From Chiloscyllium plagiosum (lineage: Eukaryota), in contig NC_057717.1 in assembly GCF_004010195.1 (NCBI RefSeq), forward strand, positions 104,660,937 through 104,724,936: a stretch of 64,000 nt of DNA, given 5' to 3'. The notes under the pieces are model-generated. The model was not told the DNA's origin, ran no database searches, and saw nothing but the letters and a program-made list of their open reading frames with translations. The position numbers were made by a program, and so were the translations under genes. The number at the start of each line of letters is the position of its first letter. Position 1 is the first letter of the stretch. Below are positions 13,681 through 26,540 of this stretch, piece after piece.

Positions 13681-14046
13681 CTTTTAAGGTGCAGTAATAT
13701 GATCATTGTATTTGTAAAAAGAACATCTGACACTGTTAGCTGTTTAAAAACCAATAGGGCCCCAAGTCAACAATCCCTTTTGAGTTTCATGACAGACTGA
13801 TATAAAGAGTGCAATATATTTGCATGGCTTCTTAAACATGAGAAATGGGGAATTAAACTGTGTAGACAGGTACCCTTATACCACAACAATAATGAAGGAG
13901 GAGATACAATTAATGCAGGATTTGTATTTGCTGTTTTTGGATAGGTAACAAGAAAATGGATAACTGAGCAATTGAGTTCTCTATACATTTGTCATTTTGT
14001 CTATTACTTTTAGATTACAGGTAAATGTATTTTGCATTGTGTTTAC

Positions 14047-14073
14047 CTTGGTGCAGGGAACATTGTTCGGAAA
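14047..14073 (-). CDS. candidate 27-nt microexon in intron 44
   Basis: ccttttgtatgtgtcag|TTTCCGAACAATGTTCCCTGCACCAAG|gtaaac; frame-preserving and stop-free (FPNNVPCTK). Confidence 0.45.
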
Positions 14074-14405
14074 CTGACACATACAAAAGGTTCAATTTTT
14101 ATCAGCTAGGAATGGAAGATGTGAGCTGTGATTGAATGCTTATCCAATGAGGCCGTTTGATGGTCAGGCCACAGGTGTATGAGCTGCCAATATTTTCTGT
14201 TGGGTGGATGAGAAATTCAATGGACTATTTATTAAGTAGAGGCCTGTACCAAGGGCTTAATAGAGGGTTGGGTCAATCAAAGGGAGGAAAATTAATGGTA
14301 AGACACATATATGCCTAAAAAGTACCAAATGAATTTTTTTTTGTGCTAAGATCTGTTTCCAATGATATCTTTAAGGAACACCCTTTCTGACTATTTCTAG
14401 CTGTG

Positions 14406-14816
14406 CATGCAGAATCATGGCATCAGATTTAATAACTGGTCTAGAAATCAAAGGTACCACACTGAATGACACTCAAATTGGCACCAGGAGTAACAATGAC
14501 ATCATAAATCCTTAATTTCGATTAAATAATGTGATTTTTGCCTATTTTGGCACATCTTGATATCAGTCTATTACAATCATGTAAATTAAATTTTGTTTCC
14601 TTCCTCAAGCTTTTTTCTTCCATCAAAGCTATTTGTCAAACAGTTAAAATCTGTACCACATGCTGGCACAGTGTTTTAAAAGATATGTCATGCATTCTAG
14701 CAAGTCCTCAGGAACATGCAATCCTTCAGTTGATTCTTCAGTTGCCCACAATCTCCTGAAACAAAATTAAATCAAGCTTTAAAACACCTAATAGAATACA
14801 ATGTCCTCGACATGCA
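14406..14816 (-). promoter_or_regulatory. cluster of 4 RBFOX (UGCAUG) motifs
   Basis: CATGCA on the + strand at 14406, 14689, 14715 and 14811. Confidence 0.55.
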
Positions 14817-15718
14817 TGCTGTTGAAAGGGCCGTTCAGTTGTCTTGTTTATAAAGGAATTACACAATAGAACCCTGATGATTTATTGAGTAAGTATGTTG
14901 TCTGGTGTGGTACTGAATCTTGAGACCAGGAAGGATCAAGACTCAGTAACTGGTCAGTAGTTATTTTAGCCAGTGAGGCTGCACAATTAAGCACAGATAT
15001 GTGGCACTTCCCAGGGTAAATGCAATGCTGAATAATGTTCTGCTCATTTCCCAGGGCAAAGGTGAGATGCTAACAGAGCCTGTCTTGCAAAAGGATTTGT
15101 TAGTGGGTATTTTATGGAAATCAGAGGAGAGAGTTGTGGGTAGCCAAGTCCTAGTGCTACATTTTATATGGAACACAATTTATTGCTTTTGTGGCTGCAG
15201 AGTGTCAATCCAGATCAACAAAATTGTGGGAGTGCGGGGGAACTAAAAACTCATGATCTCCTGCCTGAATGACACCTACCATCAAGATTAAAATAACATA
15301 TTGTGCATTAATAACCACACACATATTAAACATATCAGTTGTAAAAAAATTCCTGGAGAATAATTTCTGGAAATCAAGTTGGTTACGTAACATTAGAGAT
15401 TTAAGGGCCATTCTTTTCATGAAGAAAACATTTGATAAATTTCATTCTTCCAATAAGAGCGAGGTGATTCTTGTGTCAGAGTTTTTGACATAATTATACA
15501 TTTCAAAGTAAGTTATATAATTTTGATTGATTTTTGCAATGAATTGTTTGAGGAAACATGGGTGATAACCTTTCACCAGTTTAGATACTGCTTCTTGAAC
15601 AACTGAACAGTCCCTTTAAGGGAGACACTAGCAAGTTCCACATTTGGCAAAATGAAACTTAGAGACAGACAAGAGTAATCAAAACATAAGAGAAGAGAGA
15701 CTAAGACGGGGTACATAC

Positions 15719-15754
15719 ACTGAGGTTATTTCCACGGTTCCGCACTTTTCTCCT
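15719..15754 (-). CDS. CACNA1A: Cav2.1 36-nt cassette exon (~exon 44)
   Basis: ttagcag|AGGAGAAAAGTGCGGAACCGTGGAAATAACCTCAGT|gtatgt = RRKVRNRGNNLS, matching the recalled mammalian exon 44 RRRGRPRGNNLS. Confidence 0.92.
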
Positions 15755-17342
15755 CTGCTAACAGCCACAAGAGAGGGTGCATACCGAGACGGGTGGAAAG
15801 AAAACACGACAAATAGGGGACAGAGAGGGGAGGAGACAGAGACAGGGCAAGGTGACAGGAAATGGTAGCAAGAACACCCCACATCCAAAAAAAGGGAGAC
15901 ATTAGAAACGCAAAGGAGGCAGCAACAAGAATGTTCAGGGTATGGAATGACACAAACACAGACAATGGTTTGTAAAAATAACATAGGTGGGTTTTAAAAA
16001 ACAAAACAAATGAAAGAAGAGAAGAAAGGGAAAGAAGGAAAGAAGCACAAAGATATAACAGTTATACAATAAGCAGGTAGAAAGAGCAGAATAGAAAACA
16101 CTTGGCTGTTTAATATTCATTAAAGAAAGGTGTTTAGGCCAGTCCAACAGGATTTCTTCAAGATGAAAGTATAATTGGTTTTGGGAGGGGTCAAAATGAA
16201 TAAATATTTGAGAATTTGTGTTCCACAGTAAAGCAAGTCCTGCAGTTTAAAGAACAGAAGAATCTTTACTGTCCACTTAGCTGGATAATTTCCAATTATC
16301 TCATATATAATTTATTCTCCCTGATCTTTTTCTCTGTCAAATTGCTTTAGTTACCTCTTTCCACAGCGTTGTCTTCTAACTCTTCCTCAACAGGCAGTTT
16401 GTTCCATTTAGCAAGAAACTATAGGTTGTTAGAATCTGCATGTTATCTCACAAACCAGCCAGGATCTCACTGAATGGTACAGAGCAAGATCAAAGGGCTA
16501 TTGACACCATTCTGTGCCTGGCATAGGATATGCACTTAACCTGCCCAGTGGAAACAAAAGTCATTTCAGGTCAACACCTGTTTCATACTTTTTATTATTC
16601 TCTATTGACATAATTGCCTTAATTCTTACTGATTGGGTTAAGTTAAAATTGGGACAGCATGTCAGAATTGTATGCAGAACAGATGCGGGGATGCAGCATT
16701 ACATTCTTTGTGTTAACATAAAAATTCTCTTTCCATACTATAGACTTTCTGGGTAAGAATGACAAAATACCAACTAGTGCTGAATTGTGGATACTGGTGT
16801 GAAGTCATAGGCATTTAAAAATAGTTTTGAAACTTCAGCAAACAAACTTCAGTAAATTAACTTCAGCTACAGTTGCTACAGAAGACTCCTCTCCTGTCAT
16901 TAGAGTTGTACTTAACTCGGGTTTCAGAGGTGAAGTAAATTTTTAGCAGGAATACTGAATAATGAGACAACCTTGACTGATGTCTTCTTCCCTAACCTAG
17001 GGACTCTGTAATTACATTGCTTCCACCACTAGAATGAAGTCACTAATGATACACAGTAGTGATTGACTCAGGTCGTCTTGGTCTATGTGGTACCAGATTA
17101 ACCAGTTTATTTAGGAACAAAACCAAAGCTCTAATGTAGTTTACTTAATTTATTATCAATGTATTTGCAGTCTATGTTCTGACAAAGTAGATAGGAAACA
17201 AATCTGCTCCCGGTCTCTGCCAACTTGTTCTTAAACAGGTGACTGGGCAGGAGTTATAGAACAGTGACAGATCCTTTCTTCACCACAATACATTGTAGAG
17301 GGTATGATCTTCATTCTGCCTGGTATTGTGCAGGTCCTATGT

Positions 17343-17653
17343 GGGCAGCACGGTGGCACAGTGGTTAGCAATGCTGCCTCACAGTGCCAGAGACCCGGTT
17401 CAATTCCCGCCTCAGGTGACTGACTGTGTGGAGTTTGCATGTTCTCCCCGTGTCTGGGTGGGTTTCCTCTGGGTGCTCCGGTTTCCTCCCACAGTCCAAA
17501 GATGTGCAGGTCAGGTGAATTGGCCATGCTAAATTGCCCATAGTGTTAGGTAAGGGGTAAATGTAGGGGTATGGGTGGGTTGCGCTTCGGCGGGTCAGTG
17601 CGGACTTGTTGGGCCAAAGGGCCTGTTTCCACACTGTAATCTAATCTAATCTA
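17343..17653 (+). mobile_element. HE1-type (V-SINE) tRNA-derived SINE, full length
   Basis: A-box tggcacagtgg, B-box ggttcaattcc, V-domain gggtgctccggtttcctccc, (TAATC)n tail. Confidence 0.88.
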
Positions 17654-18069
17654 TGTGCCCACATGTCTATACATATATTGATCACTGATTAGCTAACTAC
17701 CTGAGATTGGAAGCCCAGATCCTTTCATCATAAGATATCAAAAATACCCTCTTTATGCATAGATATACAGATAGGAATAGTATTTGTTGTAACCCCATAT
17801 GATTAAAGATATTTGCTTTCTTTTGAACTTGTTTGTGGCCTTTGGAATTATACTGTGGCTAGAAATAGTTAAATTGTTCATTCACCGGATGCTGTTGAGT
17901 TTGAAGCATCAGTGTAAGAATTCACTGACTGTTGTTGAGATGTAGAATATGTGATTTATGCCTGTCAACTGAAGATTTTCAATACAATTTGCAAAAATAA
18001 GCCCCAACAGTTGGCATCCAATGTTTTAATAAGAATCTGATAGGAGTGGGGAGGTTCAGTTACTGACAC

Positions 18070-18121
18070 GTAATAAATCACCAATGCCAGAATGTGTAAT
18101 AAATCACCAATGCCAGAATGT
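18070..18121. repeat. perfect 26-bp tandem duplication
   Basis: gtaataaatcaccaatgccagaatgt occurs twice in tandem. Confidence 0.9.
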
Positions 18122-21100
18122 GTGGCTAGAGACCCTACAAAAATCTTAAACTTTCCTTCAGAATTGGTGACGAACTCCCTTCCTAACAGCACTGTGGGTG
18201 TTCCTACACCCCAAGCACTGCAGCTGGGCAGTTGAGGATGGGAAATAAATGCTGGCACAGCAAGTGACATCGATATCTCACGAACAAAAAGAAGAATATT
18301 AAGAATAATGTTGACCTGGAGGAAAATCTGGACAATTGTTTTTATCTTTCTGCAGGACCACTGATTAAAGATATTGAGCATGACAAAGACAATAAAAAAT
18401 TCAAGTTTCAATCTAAAAACCATGTATGATTCATACAGCACCTACTTCCATCTCCATAAAATTATCTGTTTCTGTCTTTATCCCTCCCATGCACAGCTAA
18501 GCCTCATCTATCTCCAGACTGCTATTCTAATATTCCCTTGGTCAATCTCTGTTCCAGATTGTCACACTAGATCATCCTGCTAAGTTTATTCAAAGTGCTT
18601 TACACAATGTTGACAAAGTAACTTTTAACATTAAGCTTCTGCTATTTAGGAAAATTGTCATTGTGAAAGTCATAAATAAAAATCTTTCTGGTCACCTCAA
18701 GCAGATCCATTCATCCAATTTATCTATTTAATTGTATCTTCATATTTGTTTTAATTAAGCTTGATGGTCATTCAAGGAGTTTCAACATATGTATAATAGC
18801 ATCTTTTTGCAGAAGATACCTCTCACCACCTGAATTATGAGTGTAATTTGATTCAAGTTTCAGAAGAAATTGAAAAATTGATTGAGATGTATATTTCTTT
18901 GAGTTTTTCTCAGTAACAGGTACCACCCTCTGCTCATAAGGCTAGCAGCTTGATCCCAGTTTTTCAGATTTTACAATATTTCATATATTGATTGAGTCCT
19001 TAGTATCGATATTGAGCATCCACAGTGTTATGACAGAGACTGGTGGAGTACACCGTTGCTCTACTACTCCATGGGTCACAATACATTATAAAAATACTTT
19101 TTCCAGTTACTAAAGTGACTAATTAAATATCTTATTTGTATTCAGTTTTAAACAAGAAGATCTATCAACCTGGTTTCTTAATGTACACAACTATTTGTTT
19201 ATTATCAAACAAAACATATTCAAAAAGATACAACAATTGGTTAATATATTCAGTCAATGATATGGAAGAATAATCTCTTTTCTTGTTAGATATCCCCAAA
19301 ATGCACATGCAAACACACACAGACACTCTCTCTCTCTCTCTCACATATACACACACACTCTTCTGGAAAAGAGCGAAAGAAAAATTCTGTGCAGGTATTG
19401 GCTTTCTGAAGAAAACATAATAAATTATTGTTGAAAGCAAAATTGTAAAATGTAGAATGCTCTGGAGTTTGTTGCGCTGGTGTTCTAACATATGTGGTCA
19501 CTACTAATCATGCATGCTTGTATCTGAAATCCTGCAGGCACAGCTTTAACAGTTATACAGAGTGGTTGATGGAGAATCTGGAACTTGGTGAGCTGGAGTT
19601 GGTGGTTTGGGGAGGGGTGGATGTGGTCACTATTTAAATATCAGGACTCATCCATTAATCCAAAACAGAGATTAGGTGATTTCTTTTTCTCTGAGAGTCA
19701 TGAATCTTTGGAACTCTCTTCCTGGAAAGGTAGTAAGAGCAGAGGGTAAAATGTGCAGAGTAGGTAGGAATGCAGATTTGAGATTATAATCAGATCCCCT
19801 ATGATCTTATTGAATGGTGGAACAAACTCAAAGGGCTGAATGGCCTAACTTTGCTCTTAATTCATATGTTCATAAAAACACAATGTCAAGATGTTCTTTC
19901 ATCATTCTTTAAAAAAAACAGGTTTCATATTGAATGCAACTAAAGGGTCTTCCTTTCAGAAATAGGAGCAATCAGCTAGGCAGCTTGTTCTAAGCAGGTT
20001 ATTTTCCAATTGAACAAGATAAAGCAAGCACCCCCCCAAGCCAGTCACTATTCTAAACACTCCTAGCATGGTCTATAACAAAGCAAGCAGATATCACCAG
20101 TCATGTGATTTCTAGGAAGCTTTGTTTAAAAAAACTTCAATGTCCAATGTGACCTTTTAATGACTTTTTCTAAAAAAACTTCCATGTATTTCCACAAAAC
20201 TAAAATAAATCAGTTCAAGTCCTCATTATTATTACTGGATGTTGTTAGGGCCTTTGCTGTTTTTGTACTGTCTAGTGTCGTCAGTTGTTTCTTAATATCA
20301 TGTGGAATGAATCAAATTGGTTGAAGATTAGATGCTGAAGATTTCATGAGGAGATCAAGATGAACCATCTGTCTTCGGCTGAAGATGGATGCAAATGCTT
20401 TTCTCTTACATTGATATGTTGAGTTCTTCTATTGCCAAGGATGGTGATACTTGCAGAGCCTTCACCTCCTGTTAGGTGTTTAATTGTTCACCAATTACCC
20501 TTGATTTGAGTCATTACTAGGTCAGTTCAGAGGCAAATGTAGTCAGAGCAGATAAGGTAGGCAGAATCTTCCCTAAGGACAGTGGTGAGCCAGATTGTTT
20601 TTTACTACAATTGTTACATGGTTGCCATTAGGCTAGCTTTAAATTTCAAATTTTTAATTAATTCAAATTTAACCATCTACTATGGTGGGATTCAAACCTA
20701 TGTCCCTAGAACATCAGCTTGAGATTCTAGATTCCTCGACCATTGACATTACCATTAGGCCACTGCCTCTCCTTGAGGACAGTAGCTTCAGTATGTCTCC
20801 TGGCTCCAGTACAGTTGAAACATCATGAACAGAGTAGACACAGATGTTACTGGAAATGCAGATCATTTCCAGCATTTTCTGTTTACAGGCTACACTGTGC
20901 ATTCCACCTATCACTATACAATTTAAGTAGGAAGTTAATACAGTGTTAAGCTTCTCATTCAAGTACATAATGAGCCCAAAGCATAGTTTTGGGCAGTAGC
21001 TGGAGGTATATAAAAATTAATCTGAACAAAATTGCTGTTGGTTCTATTTTTGAGTGCAGAAGTCATCATGTGAAATTAATGCTTCTTGTGGCTGTTGTCA

Positions 21101-22879
21101 AAATCACATTGCACTGCATAGTTCAATTTTACTAGACAGAGCATGCTCTAACTGGTTAAATGACTATGTGCTGCACTAGGGAGTGTCACCATGCTACTTT
21201 AATCAGGACTTTTCAAAACAGCATCTGTCCTGAAAACTAATACTTCCAAATAAACCTGTTGGACTATAACCTGGTGTTGTGTGATTTTTAACTTTGTCTA
21301 CCCCAATCCAAAACCGGCACCTCCACATCATGGCCCTTAAATTTTGTAAATATGGATGTAAAGTATTCATCAATGAGTAAAATAAAGAGCAGGATATGAA
21401 GAGGATTAATTAGAATAACAAATGTGACAGCAAGATCAAGAGAATTTCAGTGAAAAGAAAGTAGGAAAAAAAAGCAAGAAATAGGGCAAACATATACAGA
21501 TGGTAAAAATAAATGCAGGAATGAAGGAAAAAGGGGGTGACAGGAAAGCTTCAGAGTTAGAGAGGAGTTCATTTCCTTCTTTTCAGCCCAGCTAAAAACA
21601 ATTTTAATATAGTTTACAGGTTTCCTCTTTTAATATTAAGGACATTTTCATTTCTCAAATCTATCTGTCAACTTTACTTCTCAGAACAAATTATGTGTAG
21701 CTGGTCATGTGTAGTAAATATGCATCTGAACAGGCATAGTTAGAAATAGTTTGATTTAAGAATCATAACTATTATGACAGAATATGTCTGTCTCCTCTTC
21801 TGGAGTATATTTGAAGGGTTAATTATTTAACTGACTGATTTACCAAATTCAATTTTTATCATACATATTTTAGTTTCAAATTTTTTCTTATAGAAATCAA
21901 TTTTCTTAATAAGAGCAAGCACCAGCATACAATGATCATTTCCTATCAGAAGCACTGGTATTACTGTATCAATATATGATTGAATGTTTAGTTGGAAATA
22001 TAATTTTAAGAGATGAAGAGTGCACAAGTTAGAAGTTGATCAATATATTTTAATAATAAATGTTAGCACAATCTATAAGCTCTACCACTAAATGTCCATA
22101 GCTTAAACAAGCAAGACCCTTGCCAGAAACTACTTGCAGGATGTTATGGAACTTAGTTATGATTTTAACCCACTCAAAGCCCATTCACTAACACAGAATT
22201 AAAATTCAGCCAAAGTTTGCATTTTCAGCTGGCAAATAACAAAACAGAATAATCTCAATTTCTCACAAACCTCATGGTTAAAAAAAAGGTGTACTAATGC
22301 AAACTACGTATGCAGAAAGTTTGTGCTTAGCTGTGGTCATTAGGCAATATACATAATAGCTTTAATCAAAGTAATGAGAAATACAAAACCTTTTAGTTAC
22401 ATTGAATGAAAGGCCTAGTCATTTTCAAAATGGATATGAAAGAATTTCAAAACATTGATGCAAGATTGTGACAGAATTGAGAGTTCATTATGGTTTGTAA
22501 TCACAAAGAAATTGTCTTCAAGTTATTATCACCACACATAATAGCTGTATTTTAAACTCAATATAGAGTATTTGGAGAAGAGGCAATCATGCTATATATG
22601 CACTTTCATGTACTGTTAAGAGTTAGAAGAATATCTCAGTTTAATATTTGGTTTTTACTCACATAACTGGTTTCAATCAAGAGGGTGCAGAGATCGAAAA
22701 ACTGGTTTTAGTATCTTTGACAGTAGGAAGTCAAAAAATAACTTAGCCAGTTTCTACACACAATCACTGCCTAGTAATTCACTATCAGTCAGTCAGTCAG
22801 TCTGCATTCTTGGGACTTCCAAAGGTGGAAGGGGTAGAATCAGCTGACTTAGTGATACTTGTAGAAATGTGCAAAGAAT

Positions 22880-25080
22880 AAAGAACAGTGCGTCACAGGA
22901 ATAGGCCCTTTGACCCAACACATGGTGCCTTTCAAAACTAAAAACATTTACCCCCTATGCAATCTGTATCCCTCTATTCATATGTCTTGTCAAAGTACCT
23001 CTTTAATGTTGCTAATATATCCGCTTCCACCACCACCTCTGACAGCACATTCCAGGTACTTACTACCTTCTGTGGAAAAGAAAATTGCCTCTCACATCTC
23101 CTTGCAACTTACCCCCCTTTTACCTTCAACTAATGTTCCCAAACAACTGACATTTCTACCCTCGGACAAAGGCCCCAACTATCCATTCTATTCAAGCCTC
23201 TAATAGTTTTGTAAACTCCAGCAGGTCACCCCTCATCCTTCGACATTCAAGTGAAAGCAAGCCAAGTTTGTCCAATCTCTCCTCATAGCTAATAGCCTGC
23301 AAACCAGGCAACATCCTGGTAAACCATTTCTGTATCCTCTCCAAAGCCTCCACATCCTTCTGGTAGTGTGACAACCAGAACTGTACACAATATTCCAAAT
23401 GTGGCCTGACTAAATTTCTATACAGCTACAAGCTGACTTGCCAATTTTTAAACTCTATACCCTGACCGATAAAGGCAAGCATGTCGTATGCGTTCTTGAC
23501 CACCTTATCCACTTTCAAGGAACTGTGACCTGTACCTCTGTATGCTGATGCTACTCTAGGTTCTACTATTAACTATTTACTTCCAGGTGCATCAGATCTT
23601 CCAAAATGCATCACCTCACATTTGCCTAGATTAAACACCATCTACCATTTCTCCACCCAAGTCTCCAGTTTATCTATATCCTCCTCTCTATCCATAGCTT
23701 CCCCAAACTTTCTGTCATCTGCGAACTTACTAATGAGAACACCTACACTTTCATTTATAGATATTACAAACAACAGGGTTCCCAGCACTGATACGAGCAG
23801 AATACCACTGGTCACAGATGTCCAGTCCGAAAATTAACGTTCCATTGCTATACTCTTTCTTTTGTGGCAGCTAGTTCTGTATCCAACTTACCAGCTCACC
23901 ATGGATCCCATGTGACTTCAACTTTTGTATCAACCTGCCATGAGGGACCTTGTCAAAGGTCTTGCTAATGTCCATATAGACAGCATCTACCAATCTGCCC
24001 TCATCTGTCATTTTTGTCACTTCCTCAAAAAACTCAATTAAGATTGAGAGATATGACCTTCCCTGCACAAAACCATGCTGGCTATTGGTAATAAATTCAT
24101 GTTTTTTCCAATGTGAGTAAATTCGTTTCCTAAGAATCTTCTCAAATAATTTCCATATCACTGATGTAAGGTTCACCGGCCTGTAATTTCTTAGATTATC
24201 CCTGTTGCCCTTCTTAAACAAAGGAACAAAGTTGGCTATTCTCCAGTCCACTGGGACCTCTCCTGTGACTAAAGAGGATACAAAGATTTCGTCAAAGGCC
24301 CTAGCAATTTCATCACGTTCTTCCTTCAACATTCTGGGATACATCCCATCAGGTCCTGGGGACCTATCCACCTTAATGCTTTTCAAATCACCTAACACCT
24401 CTTTTCTTTTGTACTGATATGCCCTAGAATTTCAACTTACCCTCCCGAGACTCACCATCCACCATAATCCTCTCCTTTGTGAGCACCAATTCAGTATTTG
24501 TTAAGGCCCTTACCCACGTCCTCCAGCTCCATGCATAAATTCATTTCTTTGTCTTTGAATCAAATTACCCTTTCTCTAGCTACCCTCTTGCTCCATATAA
24601 TGCCTTGGGATTTTCATTAATCCTGTTAGTCAAAGGGATTTCATGCCCCCTTTTAGCTCATTTAATTTCTTGTTTGAATTCTTTCCTGCTATTGGGTGGC
24701 ACGGTGGTACAGTGGTTAGCACTGCTGCCTCACAGCGCCAGAGACCCGGGTTCAATTCCCGCCTCAGGCAACTGACTGTGTGGAGTTTGCACGTTCTCTC
24801 CGTGTCTGCGTGGGTTTCCTCCGGGTGCTCTGGTTTCCTCCCACAGTCCAAAGATGTGCAGGGTCAGGTGAATTGGCCATGCTAAATTGCCCGTAGTGTT
24901 AGGTAAGGGGTAAATGTAGGGGTATGGGTGGGTTGCGCTTCGGCGGGTCAGTGTGGACTTGTTGGGCCGAAGGGCCTGTTTCTACACTGTAATGTAATCT
25001 AATCTAATCTATCTTTGTGTATTTTGAGTCATCTGTCTGTCTTCAGTTTCCTAAACCTTACATATGCCTCCTTTCTCTTT
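22880..25080 (-). mobile_element. CR1-type LINE remnant
   Basis: SPGPDG, WRIANFVPLFKKG, NYRPVNLTS, QHGF, FDKVPH, EYCVQFW motifs; interrupted by the SINE at 24693. Confidence 0.9.
24693..25011 (+). mobile_element. HE1-type SINE, full length, nested in a CR1 LINE
   Basis: near-identical to the 17343 copy; (TAATC)n tail. Confidence 0.88.
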
Positions 25081-26426
25081 TCGAAAAAAAATGGATAATT
25101 GACTAAATTGACTAATCTGGCTAATTAAAAAAAATAGTTTTCCCTAACACTCCAAATCACCTGGAAACAAGCTCAATTCTGAAGATTTTTACAACCCAAG
25201 CATCAAACAAAAATTTAATGTAAAGTCTCAAAATAGAAAGTTACTCTATGTGAGTGGTGTACTCTGTTGGTTAATTTGACAAAGGCATACATAGCATTTA
25301 TTTTAAAACAGTGCACAGAAAAACACAAACTCATTCATTCATTATTATCCCAAACAGAATATTTCTGAGTTCAATTAGTTTTGAGCATTTTCACGAGTGG
25401 GGCAAAAGATAAGTAACTTTTCAACCAATGCTTCAAAATAGACATTAATGATCAATAATTTCTTAGTGAAATATCTGTTTTCACAATGTTTTCAACAAAT
25501 TTCTGTTTGAAGTATTGTGTCAATTTAACATCATCAGCAGCACTTGATTTGAAGATCCATGGCCAACATCATGATAATAGCCTTCACTGTCTTAATTATG
25601 CTTAAAATCATAAAGACCCACTGTCAACCACCAAGAGGAAATTGTATGGTACAGACAATCAAAGGCATTGCTGCTGCATTAGTAAATGAGTTGCTATCCC
25701 TTTCCAGGAATGCTTGAGTTATGGTGGACAACTTAAAAAAAAATTGAAAACATGCAGATGAAAAAGCCCATAATTCATGTTAAAAACAATGATCTCCATT
25801 TAACTCTTTCAGTGCTGCATCACAAAGAATTAACATTTTCTTTGTTAGGAATCATGTTTGAAATCTCACCTTGTCTTTCCCTAAATCTAGTTTAATTGAT
25901 TAGGTTTTATTAAATGCTGTAAAATACAGGTTCTCTGATACAAATAGCTCTTTAACATAGACTCAGGCAAAGAATGTTCATTCCTTCTCACAGACAGGAC
26001 CTACTTAACAGCACCCAACTGACAGCACACAAATGTTGTGCACAATGTGAGAGTTACACAATATTTTAAACAACCTTCAAGGACAAGATACTCACATGAT
26101 ACCGTGAATGAAAGTCATGTCTTTGAAAGTTATATGTTAAATGTCTCTACATAAAACAGATTGCTGATTAACACAGGGATTTCTAACTTAAAACACAAAT
26201 GTTTCTAATGTTAATTCCCCTTTAAACATTTTATTCATTATTAGTTTACCTTTCTTTAAAATAATTTTAAAATGTAATTCATTTGGGTGTGTTTATAATT
26301 TAATGATTTCCACTGTGATGCTTTTAGAGAAGAACTCCATGAATGTATTGCCACTGGTTGCATTGAAAGAGTTAAAAGAATGGAACATGACACAGGATGC
26401 AGCAGAGTACATCTCACTGAGCTCAC

Positions 26427-26540
26427 TTGGTTTTCTGCAGGTAGCCGTGGCATGGAGGCTGCTCGACTGTGGCCTTCCATCGGGAGGTAATGGTCGCTGT
26501 CCGAGTAGCCGTCCCTCCCCATTTCTTGCATCTCCACAGC
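26427..26540 (-). CDS. CACNA1A: Cav2.1 exon (~exon 43), 114 nt
   Basis: tattgcag|GCT...CAA|gtgagc; encodes [38 protein letters not shown]. Confidence 0.96.

Noticed and set aside
15280..15352. 73-nt AG-GT segment that could supply the phase shift into the repeat ORF
   Set aside because: It contains an in-frame TGA at codon 6 and is AT-rich.
17343..17415. tRNA-like A/B boxes
   Set aside because: This is the head of an HE1-type SINE, not a tRNA gene.
17965..18441. 158-aa ORF
   Set aside because: It overlaps a LINE/SINE tail and a tandem duplication, with no recognisable domain.
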